NCBI GenBank assembly: GCA_031414535.1
Contig: JANNVQ010000014.1
Span: forward strand, 64,001-128,000
Direction: 5' to 3'
DNA: 64,000 nt
Origin: Gemmatimonas sp.
GTDB lineage: Bacteria > Gemmatimonadota > Gemmatimonadetes > Gemmatimonadales > Gemmatimonadaceae
The first letter of the stretch is position 1; every line of letters starts with the position of its first letter. Position numbers and translations under genes: made by a program. This document shows positions 40,645 to 49,106 of this stretch, piece by piece. The notes beneath the pieces are model-generated. The model did not search any database. It had not been told where the DNA came from and saw only the letters and a list, made by a program, of their open reading frames with translations.

Positions 40645-41868
40645 TCAGGGGGTGGGGCCGGCAACGACTCCATCGTCGTGCAAAATGCCGAGCTCGGCTT
40701 CACTCAGGCCAGCGATGGTCAGCAGAATTTCATCCGTATGCTCGCCGAGCTTGGGCGCGGCAACAGCGTCCGCGACTGGTTCAGCGCTAAAGCGCAGCGG
40801 TGACTTCGGCGCCGGATACTCGCGTTGTCCGTGTGCACCCAGTGTGGTGAACAAGCCAGCGCCGGGCTGGCAGTCGGGATCTTCGTGCAAGGCTTCACTC
40901 AGGCTCCGATACGGCCCCCATGCCACGCGATGGGCCGTGAGCGCGGACGCCACCTCACTGTATGCTCGTAGCGCAAACCACGGCGCCAGCATCTGCGTGA
41001 TCTCTTCGCGCGCATGAAAGCGCTCGCCCTCATCCGCGAGATTTCGGCCCAGCTTGCTTGTGAGCACTTCGACTTCACTGGCCGTGCTCGTGGCCTTCAC
41101 GATGGCGTTCCACTGGCCATCAGTGAGTCCTACAATCATCACGCGCCGTCCATCCGCCGTGAGGAAGTCCTTGCCGTAGGCGCCATACAAATAGTTTCCG
41201 TAGCGCTCGCGGTCCTGGCGATGCAACACCGACTCGGCGATGAAGCCAAGGTTGCCAAGCATCGCCAGCCCAACATCCTTGAGCGCGAGCTCCACCAGCT
41301 GCCCTGCTCCAGTACGCGAGCGCTTCCGTTCAGCGGCGAGCATCGCGATCGCAATTTGGTGTCCAGCAATCGCATCCCAAGCGGGGAACACGTGATTCAC
41401 CGGCGTTGGGTCGTCCACGGGGCCCGTGAAGTCGGGCACGCCAATCTGCGGGTTTACCGTGTAATCGACTTCGCTCGTCCCATCTCGTCGGCCGCTGAGC
41501 ACGACCATGATGAGGTCCTGGCGATGCGCGCGCAGCGATTCGTACGAGAGCCAGCCTTTGGGCGGAAAGTTGGTGGAGAAGATGCCCGCATCCGCGCCCG
41601 GCGCCGTAATCACGCGTGTGAGCAATTCCTGCCCGCGCGGTGAGCGAAGGTCCACCACGATGGAACGCTTCCCCTTGTTCAATCCATCCCAGAAGAGCGA
41701 GCGCGAGCCGTCTGGCGTCAGCGGCCAACGGCGAGCGTCGAGCCCACCACCAATTTGGTCAAACCGAATGACGTCGGCGCCGAGCTGAGCGAGCGTCATG
41801 CCGCCGAGCGGTGCAGCGACGAACGCCGAGCCTTCCACCACCCTCATACCTGCGAGTATGCCAGCCAC
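40645..41868 (-). CDS. mct: Mesaconyl-CoA C1-C4 CoA transferase (family III)
   Basis: RVVEGSAFVAAPLGGMTLAQLGADVIRFD..GGGLD..RWP, VDYTVNP, NHVFPAWD, GNYLYGAYG: Mct signature. Confidence 0.92.
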   Translation of the reverse strand: MAGILAGMRVVEGSAFVAAPLGGMTLAQLGADVIRFDQIGGGLDARRWPLTPDGSRSLFWDGLNKGKRSIVVDLRSPRGQELLTRVITAPGADAGIFSTNFPPKGWLSYESLRAHRQDLIMVVLSGRRDGTSEVDYTVNPQIGVPDFTGPVDDPTPVNHVFPAWDAIAGHQIAIAMLAAERKRSRTGAGQLVELALKDVGLAMLGNLGFIAESVLHRQDRERYGNYLYGAYGKDFLTADGRRVMIVGLTDGQWNAIVKATSTASEVEVLTSKLGRNLADEGERFHAREEITQMLAPWFALRAYSEVASALTAHRVAWGPYRSLSEALHEDPDCQPGAGLFTTLGAHGQREYPAPKSPLRFSAEPVADAVAAPKLGEHTDEILLTIAGLSEAELGILHDDGVVAGPTP

Positions 41869-41870
41869 GT

Positions 41871-43112
41871 TCAGATCACCTCGCGCGTGCGCAGATCAGC
41901 GATTCGCGCTTCGTCGAGGCCGAGCAGATCGCGCAGGACTTCGTCCGTGTGCTCGCCAAGCGTGGGGCCGAGCTGACGAATGCTGCCCGGCGTCTCGCTC
42001 AAGCGCGGGACCACGGAGGGGAGAATCATGCTCTCACCGGTGCGATGGTCATCAATGGCCACAAGGTTGCGCCGCGCGTGGAACTGCCGGTCACTAAAGA
42101 TGTCGGCAATGTTGTTGAGCGGACCGGCCGGCGTGTGAGTGGAGTAGCAGCGCTCCAACACTTCCTCGCGCGTGAGCGATCCACACCAGTCGCGCACGAT
42201 CTCGTTCACCTGCGCGGCGTGTTCGAGGCGTGTACGCTGCTCACCGTACGTGGAGGAAGATGCCAACTCGGGGCGCCCCATCGCATTGGCCAAGCGCTCA
42301 AAGAGATGGTCAGTGGCGCAGGAGATGGCCACCCACTTGCCGTCCTTTGTGGCGAAGTGGCCGTGCGGACACGCGAACTCGTTGTGCGAGCTGCCCATGC
42401 GTTCGCGCACCGTGCCGTACATGGAGTAGGCCGGCGCGAGCTCATCAGTGCAGCGGAATACGGATTCGTACAGGGCCGCATCCACGTACTGTCCCTCTCC
42501 CGTCAGATCGCGGTGCCTGAGTGCAAGCAGGACGCCAATCGCTCCGTAGAGGCCGGTCATATAGTCGCCGAGCGTGGTGGAGCCTGGCGTGACGGGCGTG
42601 CCCTTGGGCATTCCGGCCAGATACGCGATGCCGCCCACGGCATGCGCCACACGCGCGAAGCCAGGACGATCCCTATATGGACCCGTCTGCCCGTATCCTG
42701 TTACACGCAGCATCACGAGCTTGGGATTTACTTGCTTGAGCCGGTCCCATCCGAGCCCCCACTTCTCCATCGTACCCGTGCGGAAGTTTTCGCAAAGCAC
42801 ATCGGTTTGCTTGATGAGCTCCAAGAAGAGCTCCTGCCCTTCTGGATGACGCAGATCAAGCGTCACGGAGCGCTTGTTGCGTGCTTCGCTCACCCAGGTG
42901 AGCGTATCGCCGCGCTGCGATGGCGTACCGAAGCGGCGGAGTCCGTCACCGCCGAGCGGGTGCTCAATCTTGAGCACGTCCGCACCGAACTCTCCGAGCA
43001 CGGTGGCGCAGAAGGGTGCCGCGATGATGGTGGCGATGTCTACCACGCGGATGCCTTCAAGCGGCATCGGCGACGGCACGATGGGCACATCAGGATGCAA
43101 GAATGTGCTCAT
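41871..43112 (-). CDS. smtB: Succinyl-CoA:(S)-malate CoA transferase beta subunit
   Basis: CaiB/BaiF family: [42 protein letters not shown]. Tandem with an smtA-like gene. Confidence 0.85.
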   Translation of the reverse strand: MSTFLHPDVPIVPSPMPLEGIRVVDIATIIAAPFCATVLGEFGADVLKIEHPLGGDGLRRFGTPSQRGDTLTWVSEARNKRSVTLDLRHPEGQELFLELIKQTDVLCENFRTGTMEKWGLGWDRLKQVNPKLVMLRVTGYGQTGPYRDRPGFARVAHAVGGIAYLAGMPKGTPVTPGSTTLGDYMTGLYGAIGVLLALRHRDLTGEGQYVDAALYESVFRCTDELAPAYSMYGTVRERMGSSHNEFACPHGHFATKDGKWVAISCATDHLFERLANAMGRPELASSSTYGEQRTRLEHAAQVNEIVRDWCGSLTREEVLERCYSTHTPAGPLNNIADIFSDRQFHARRNLVAIDDHRTGESMILPSVVPRLSETPGSIRQLGPTLGEHTDEVLRDLLGLDEARIADLRTREVI

Positions 43113-43115
43113 GGT

Positions 43116-44345
43116 TCAGATCACTCGCTGTTCGCGGAATTTTGCAATCTCGTTGGCTGCGAGCCCCAGCAACTCGCGCATCACCTGTTCGGTAGAATCT
43201 CCGAGCGTTGGCCCGAGACTGGTGACGCGTCCCGGTGTCTTGGAGAGGCGCGGCACCACGCCGGGAATCGCCAGGTTCTCGACAGGGCCATCGGACATGC
43301 GCACCAGATTCTCGCGGGCGGCAAACTGCTCGTCCTCGAAGATGTCCGCGATGCTGTTCACCTTGCCCACCGGAACTTCCTCACGCAGGCACTTATCGAG
43401 GACTTCCTCACGCGTGAGCGAGGCCACCCATTCAATTACCGTCTTATTGACCTTGTCGCGGTCAGCGAGGCGCTTGCGTTGATCGCCCCAGACTTCGCTC
43501 GAGGAGAGATGCGGCTGCCCCATCGCGACGCTCAAGCGCTCGAACATCTTGTCCGTCGTGCAGGCAATCGCAATCCACTTGCCATCACCGGTGCGGAAGT
43601 GCCCGTGCGGGACGGCGACGAAGCTACCGCTGCCTTCGCGCTCGCGAATTTTGCCGGTCGTTCCGTAGGCCGGTGCAATTTCCTCGAGCACGCGGAACAC
43701 GGCTTCATAGATGCCCACGTCAATCATCTGCCCGCGACCCGTAGCTTCTTGATGACGCAGGGCGATGAGCACACCAATCGCACCGAAGAGGCTCGCGATG
43801 TAATCGCCAAGTGGTACCGTACCCGGAAGCACCGGGGACTCGCCCGGGAAGCCCGAGAGGTAGTTGAGTCCACCAAAGGCCTGCGCGATGTGTGCGAATC
43901 CGCTGCGACGGCGATACGGGCCCGTCTGTCCATAGCCGGACACGCGCAGCATCACGATGCGCGGATTCGTGGCGTGCACGTCGGCCCAGCCGAGCCCCCA
44001 CTCCTCCATGGTGCCAGGACGGAAGTTCTCCACCAGCACATCCGACTTCTGCAGCAGACGCTTGAAGAGCATCACACCATCAGGCTGCCGCAGGTCAATG
44101 GTCACCGACTTGCGGTTGCGCGCCTCGCTCAGCCAACTGAGCGAAGCATCCTCACGCGGAGACTTGGTGCCGAAGTGCCGCATCGGATCGCCCGCGATCG
44201 GATGCTCCACCTTGATCACTTCGGCGCCGAACTCTCCGAGGATTGAAGCGGCGTAGGGGCCGGCGAGGAAATTGCCCACGTCAACGACCCGAACACCATC
44301 GAGTGGACGAGTCGTGAGTGTCGTGGCTGAGTCGTGCGTCGTCAC
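43116..44345 (-). CDS. smtA: Succinyl-CoA:(S)-malate CoA transferase alpha subunit
   Basis: DVGNFLAGPYAASILGEFGAEV, WLSEARNRKSVTIDLRQ, LGDY; resembles Chloroflexus SmtA. Confidence 0.87.
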   Translation of the reverse strand: MTTHDSATTLTTRPLDGVRVVDVGNFLAGPYAASILGEFGAEVIKVEHPIAGDPMRHFGTKSPREDASLSWLSEARNRKSVTIDLRQPDGVMLFKRLLQKSDVLVENFRPGTMEEWGLGWADVHATNPRIVMLRVSGYGQTGPYRRRSGFAHIAQAFGGLNYLSGFPGESPVLPGTVPLGDYIASLFGAIGVLIALRHQEATGRGQMIDVGIYEAVFRVLEEIAPAYGTTGKIREREGSGSFVAVPHGHFRTGDGKWIAIACTTDKMFERLSVAMGQPHLSSSEVWGDQRKRLADRDKVNKTVIEWVASLTREEVLDKCLREEVPVGKVNSIADIFEDEQFAARENLVRMSDGPVENLAIPGVVPRLSKTPGRVTSLGPTLGDSTEQVMRELLGLAANEIAKFREQRVI

Positions 44346-44404
44346 AAAGACCTTGAAAGAGACAGTGAGTCGCGGGTGGCGCAGTCAAACACTAGCTTGC
44401 CCTT

Positions 44405-45295
44405 ATGTCCGACAAATCCCCGATGCCAGAAGTGGACGTTGCGGCATGGATTGGCCGCAGCGAGACCGTCCAAGACGACTGTTCGACGGCGCAAGCCTTG
44501 AGCGTGGCCGCGATGCTGAACCTCAACGCCTCGCAGATTGGCGAAGGCTCCGCCCTTCCCCTGCTCTGGCATTGGTTCTACTTCCTGCCGCGGGCGCCGC
44601 AGGCCAAGCTCTCGGCCGATGGGCATCCCGAGCGCGGTGGATTCCTGCCGCCCATCACCTTGCCGCGGCGCATGTTTGCGGGTGCGCGCGTCACCGTGTA
44701 TCAGTGGCTCACGCTCGGTCGCCCGGCGACGCGCGAAGGTACGATCCTCAACGTGCGGGAGACCAGCGGCAAGAGCGGCAAGCTGACCTTCGTCTCTGTT
44801 GGATACCGATTCCTGCAGGATGGCGTGCTGTGTTTGGAAGAGGAGCAGGACATCGTGTACCGCGAGCCCGGTGCTGCAGTGCCTGCGCCGACTGCCGCCG
44901 AACGTCCAGCGTTGGTAGACGGGGCGTTCAGCGAGGAGTTCACACCAGACTCGCGCCTGCTGTTTCGGTTCAGCGCGCTGACGTTCAACGCGCATCGCAT
45001 TCACTACGACCGTCCCTACGCGATGCAGGAAGAGGGCTACCCCGGCCTCGTCGTGCACGGACCGCTGATTGCACTGCTGCTGGCCGAACTCGCGCAGCAG
45101 CAGTCCCAACATCAGATCGCCAAGTTCAGCTTCAAGGGTATGGCACCGCTGTTCGACATTGGTAGCGTGCGGCTGTCGGGGGTGCGGACAGCCTTGAATG
45201 GCCCCGACGCGCGTGCCTCCGAGCGCATCGGGCTCGCGGCACACGCCGTGGACGGCACGCAGACGATGGCCGCTGAAGCGGTGTTCAGACCGTAA
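44405..45295 (+). CDS. meh: Mesaconyl-C4-CoA hydratase (HTD2/Ich-like hot-dog fold)
   Basis: HWFYF, DGHPERGGFLPP..LPRRMFAG, LFRFSALTFNAHRIHYD..YA..EGYPGLVVHGPL. The specific assignment relies on context. Confidence 0.8.
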   Translation: MSDKSPMPEVDVAAWIGRSETVQDDCSTAQALSVAAMLNLNASQIGEGSALPLLWHWFYFLPRAPQAKLSADGHPERGGFLPPITLPRRMFAGARVTVYQWLTLGRPATREGTILNVRETSGKSGKLTFVSVGYRFLQDGVLCLEEEQDIVYREPGAAVPAPTAAERPALVDGAFSEEFTPDSRLLFRFSALTFNAHRIHYDRPYAMQEEGYPGLVVHGPLIALLLAELAQQQSQHQIAKFSFKGMAPLFDIGSVRLSGVRTALNGPDARASERIGLAAHAVDGTQTMAAEAVFRP

Positions 45296-48200
45296 TCGCA
45301 AGACCGCGATAGATGCGGGAGCGGTAGCGCGAATCCTTCTCCTCGGGAATCGGCGCCGCTGCCAACAGCACGGCCTTGGCAAAGCGCGCCAACTCTTCCG
45401 CCTGCTCCGCGGCATCGCGCGGCTCCTCGCTGCGCATACGCCGCGTAATGTTGATCTGGTTCACCGGCACATTGGTGTAGAGCCGCTCGTTTTCTACGCC
45501 CAGCGTGGCCGTGAGCGCATGCAAGGTGGTCTTCACGAAGTTGGCGATGGCGAACTGCGCCGGCGATCCGCCCACCGGCACGTCCGGCGACACCAGAATC
45601 AATCGCGCACCCTTGTAGAGCGAGACCTTACGCGCCACGCGGAAGTGCTGCGTGAGATTGCCCTCGACCACTTCCGAGAAGCCCGCCGCATCGAGGTGAT
45701 CCTTGCCCGCGATGCCAAACAATGCTTGCGGAATTGGCGTGAACGGCGTGGCAATCACGGCAGCAGGCAACCCGTGCGCGGCGACGGCCGCATCCATGCC
45801 CGACTCGAGTTCGTCACCGACCACACGGACATCCGCTCGCTCAGCGTGAGGCAGGCCAGAGAGTGACTCGCGGCTCTTAGCTGCGGCTTCGGCTGTTCTC
45901 ATGAGCACCACCAGACGCCCAACCTGTGCTTCGCCGAGGAAGGTCTCGGCGGCGGCGGCCATGTGCTCCGTGAGATGCTCGCCGATGATCCACACCGTCT
46001 CGCCTTCCATGAGCGCCACGCGCTCGGGCCGTGCGCGGCCAAACAACTCGCGTTCGGTGATGGTGCGCTCCTGATGCAAGCCACCGCTGGGCTCGAAGGT
46101 CTCCCCAGAAATTGCGCGGTCCGCCATGAAGAACACCGTGGCCAGTGCGACGTCCGTTTCCGTCGGCATCTGCTTCAAGTGCAGCATGCCGAGTACGCCC
46201 TTGGCGATTTTCTCGGCCTCGGCCATCACCTCGGCGGCGTTCAGGAACGGTTCGGCTGGCTCCGGCAGCTTGCTGAGCCAAGCCTCGGCGGACTCCATTG
46301 CGCCCTTTCCAGCAGCACTCACGACGCCGCCGTTGATCAGGCGGTTGAGGAAGCGCCGCGCAATGGCGGGCGTGAAGATGAAGCGGACCGAAGAGAACTG
46401 TGCGTCAGCTGCGCCCGTCCCAACGAGGCGTGACCCCAAGGTCTGGAGTTCCTGTGGGACCCCTTCCGCCTGCAGCGACGGCACGTCATTGCCCTGCATG
46501 GCGGCAAGGCAATCGGCCAAGCTCGCACCAGACTCAAGCGCCTTGAGTGTGGCCGTGTGCACGAGGGTCAGCCGCTTGTTCTCGTGAATCAGTCGCGCGC
46601 GGCGCGCGAAGAGTCCAGCCTTGCCGTCCTTGCCGGCGAGGCGCTGCCCATCCACCGGCCCCGGTGCGATTGCGTTGATCTGCACCTCCGGACCAACGAA
46701 CTTCGCGAGGTTCTCCACGAGCGCGCGCTGGCCCGCCTTGGAGACTGCGTAGTCCGCACGGTTCGGGTAGGGCACGGCAATAAACTTCTCACCGCCAAAG
46801 TACGAACTCACGTTGAGCACGTAGCCCGAGCCCTGCTTCTTCATCAGCGGCACCACCTTCTCGATGAGCGAGTAGTTGCTCTCGAGATTGGTGTTGAGCG
46901 TGTTGCGCCAGTCCGCAACGTCCATGTCCACGACCATCTGCTCAGCGCCGGCGATCCCTGCGTTGTTGATGAGGTAGTCGAGTCGACCGAACTCCTTGAG
47001 CGTTTTCGCCAAGGCCTCACTGAGCTTCGCTTCGTTGTTGGTGTCTACGTTGGCGATGTACTGCACGCGCTCGTGGGCACGGTAGTAGCCGATGTCCTCG
47101 AGTTCGCGCACGATGCTGTCGCGCATACCCTTAAGCTGCTCCTCGCGACGCGCCGTGATCATGACGCGAGCGCCAGCCATCGCGAGCAGGCGTCCGATTT
47201 GGCCACCGATACCCGCCGAGCCGCCGGTGATGAGGGCGACCTTGCCCAAGTGCAGGCCGTGGAGGGCTTCCATCCAACCGAAAGTGGCTTTGCGTGAGCC
47301 CGTGGCGTCCACGATGCTCGAGGGCAGGTAGAGATTCACCTGATTGATGCGGCGCTTGGTGTACATCAAGCGCGCTGCGTGGCTCGCCGCGAAGGGGAGC
47401 CCCTCATCCTCCGCGTTGGACCAACGGATGATTTGGTTGGACCATTCCACGACCTTGCGCTTGTGCATGGCGACTTGCACTTCTGTCTCGTCGCGCCAGA
47501 TGCGCACCAACTCTTCCATTGATGAGCGCAGAATGTCGGCGTAGGCGTTGGCCCCGCCATCGCTGCCATTCGAGAGGAAGATTGTGCGCGGGTACGAGTT
47601 GCGCGGAGCAGCCGTGCGCCAAAAGCGCGTCAGCTCGCGGGCGATCGCGATGGCACCAACGATCTCGCCCGTGATGAACTGATCAACGTCGGTGTCGCTG
47701 GCCTCGGCCAAGGGCGCGAGGAACTTGCCGGGACCATAGGCCGGCATGACGATGGCACCGTGGAGGACGTCCTCGCGGGCGCGCTCTTCATTGAGCACGG
47801 CGGAAAGCGTCTCGGGACGACGACGATCGAACAAGACCGGTGTGATGCGGCGGTCGCGGTCATCATCCTGAAGCGCAGCCTGCGCCGCGTGCACGTTCTC
47901 CTCGCTCCCGAGGCCAAGGATGACGCTCGCACCGCAACCCGCCTGCACGCGTGCCACCGTGAGTGCATCGGCCACTTGATTACCGGCCGCCACGAGCAGC
48001 GTGACGCCTGTGCCATCAACTGTCCGGAGCGTGGGCCGCGCGGTGAAGGTGCTACGCGACTCTTGGCGGACGGCCATGCCGTGCGTGACTTCAAAGTTGT
48101 GTCCGTTGAAGGCGGCAGATTCTTCGGAGCCCAAGAAGACGATGGTGTTGGCGACGTCATCCACGGTGGGGAGACGGCGTCCTGCAACGCCCTTCTCGTC

Positions 48201-49073
48201 TGGGCGAGCGAGGGTCATGAGGCCCGTCATCTCATCGTGCGTGGTGCCAGGCTTCATGTCGCGCAGTCCGTCCATGGCGGCGAACACGTTGCGAATGCGT
48301 TCGCTATCAATGGGGCCAGGGAATACGGTATTCACGCGAATTCCGCGGGGTCCAAGCTGCAGGGCCAGTTGGCGCGAGAAGGCATTGAGCGCTGCCTTCG
48401 GGACTACGTAGGCCACGCGTCCGTAGTACTGCGTGCGCGAGAAGATGGTAGACACCTGGATGATGGTCGCACCAGGCTTGAGATGCGGGGTGACGGCCCG
48501 CACGAGATTCCAAGAGAGCCCGAGCAGATTGCCCGCGGCGTCGCGCGCCGTTTCGGAATCGGCGCTGCCTTCGGTACGCAGCAGTTCGAGTTCGTCGCGC
48601 GTGAGCGGGACGTCCTCGAGAATTTGCTTGGGGCCCGCGGAGCCCGCGTTGTTGACCACGATATCAATGCGACCAAACTGCTGCATCGCCGCGTCGATGC
48701 CCCAACGCACCTGGCCGGGATCGGCGGCATCGAAGGGCAGTACGTGCGCGTTGGCAGCCTTGGCCTTAGTCTGCTTAAGCAGTGCCGTGCGCGTGGCCTC
48801 GAGCTTCGTGCGGTTGCGACCGACGAGGATGACCGTCGCGCCTTCCTCGAGATACCGACGCGAAATGACAACGCCGATGTTGCCCGCCGCACCGGTAACA
48901 AGCGCGACCTTGCCCGCGAGGCGACCGGCGCCGCGTACGGATGTCTTTGCCGATGTCTTTGCCGATGTCTTGGCCGATGTCTTGGCAGAGGCTTTTGCAG
49001 AGGCCTTGCTGGCGGCCGGCTTCGACTTCGCAGACTTTGTTGGCTTCGCTGACTTCTTGATGGTACGCGGCAT
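45285..49073 (-). CDS. mcr: Bifunctional malonyl-CoA reductase (3-hydroxypropionate-forming)
   Basis: 1262 aa tandem SDR: GRLAGKVALVTGAAGNIG, YYGRVAYVVPK; GLHLGKVALITGGSAGIGGQIG, YPNRADYAVSK; ends RIYRGLAITV, as in Chloroflexus-type Mcr. Confidence 0.95.
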   Translation of the reverse strand: MPRTIKKSAKPTKSAKSKPAASKASAKASAKTSAKTSAKTSAKTSVRGAGRLAGKVALVTGAAGNIGVVISRRYLEEGATVILVGRNRTKLEATRTALLKQTKAKAANAHVLPFDAADPGQVRWGIDAAMQQFGRIDIVVNNAGSAGPKQILEDVPLTRDELELLRTEGSADSETARDAAGNLLGLSWNLVRAVTPHLKPGATIIQVSTIFSRTQYYGRVAYVVPKAALNAFSRQLALQLGPRGIRVNTVFPGPIDSERIRNVFAAMDGLRDMKPGTTHDEMTGLMTLARPDEKGVAGRRLPTVDDVANTIVFLGSEESAAFNGHNFEVTHGMAVRQESRSTFTARPTLRTVDGTGVTLLVAAGNQVADALTVARVQAGCGASVILGLGSEENVHAAQAALQDDDRDRRITPVLFDRRRPETLSAVLNEERAREDVLHGAIVMPAYGPGKFLAPLAEASDTDVDQFITGEIVGAIAIARELTRFWRTAAPRNSYPRTIFLSNGSDGGANAYADILRSSMEELVRIWRDETEVQVAMHKRKVVEWSNQIIRWSNAEDEGLPFAASHAARLMYTKRRINQVNLYLPSSIVDATGSRKATFGWMEALHGLHLGKVALITGGSAGIGGQIGRLLAMAGARVMITARREEQLKGMRDSIVRELEDIGYYRAHERVQYIANVDTNNEAKLSEALAKTLKEFGRLDYLINNAGIAGAEQMVVDMDVADWRNTLNTNLESNYSLIEKVVPLMKKQGSGYVLNVSSYFGGEKFIAVPYPNRADYAVSKAGQRALVENLAKFVGPEVQINAIAPGPVDGQRLAGKDGKAGLFARRARLIHENKRLTLVHTATLKALESGASLADCLAAMQGNDVPSLQAEGVPQELQTLGSRLVGTGAADAQFSSVRFIFTPAIARRFLNRLINGGVVSAAGKGAMESAEAWLSKLPEPAEPFLNAAEVMAEAEKIAKGVLGMLHLKQMPTETDVALATVFFMADRAISGETFEPSGGLHQERTITERELFGRARPERVALMEGETVWIIGEHLTEHMAAAAETFLGEAQVGRLVVLMRTAEAAAKSRESLSGLPHAERADVRVVGDELESGMDAAVAAHGLPAAVIATPFTPIPQALFGIAGKDHLDAAGFSEVVEGNLTQHFRVARKVSLYKGARLILVSPDVPVGGSPAQFAIANFVKTTLHALTATLGVENERLYTNVPVNQINITRRMRSEEPRDAAEQAEELARFAKAVLLAAAPIPEEKDSRYRSRIYRGLAITV
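48940..49011 (-). repeat. ~6 x 12-bp in-frame tandem repeat (GATGTCTTTGCC on +) encoding AKTS/AKAS in the Mcr N-terminus
   Basis: Units start at 48940, 48952, 48964, 48976, 48988 and 49000, with progressive degeneration. Confidence 0.9.
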
Positions 49074-49106
49074 CGTGAATCCTGCTCGGGTGAGAGAGGC
49101 GAGAGC

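Noticed and set aside
41811..44246. 811-aa plus-strand ORF
   Set aside because: Antisense to smtA/smtB, which have clear family motifs; a codon-bias shadow.
38477..45295. Reading the CoA-transferase/hydratase/lyase genes as only itaconate degradation or ethylmalonyl-CoA pathway
   Set aside because: Both mesaconyl-CoA hydratases, Mct, SmtAB, and adjacent full-length mcr and pcs fit the 3-HP bi-cycle; no ccr, ecm or mcd is in the window. A purely assimilatory role still cannot be excluded.
44342..45415. 357-aa minus-strand ORF that would make the 3-HP cluster fully co-directional
   Set aside because: No recognisable motifs, whereas the plus-strand frame encodes a clear Meh/HTD2-type hydratase.
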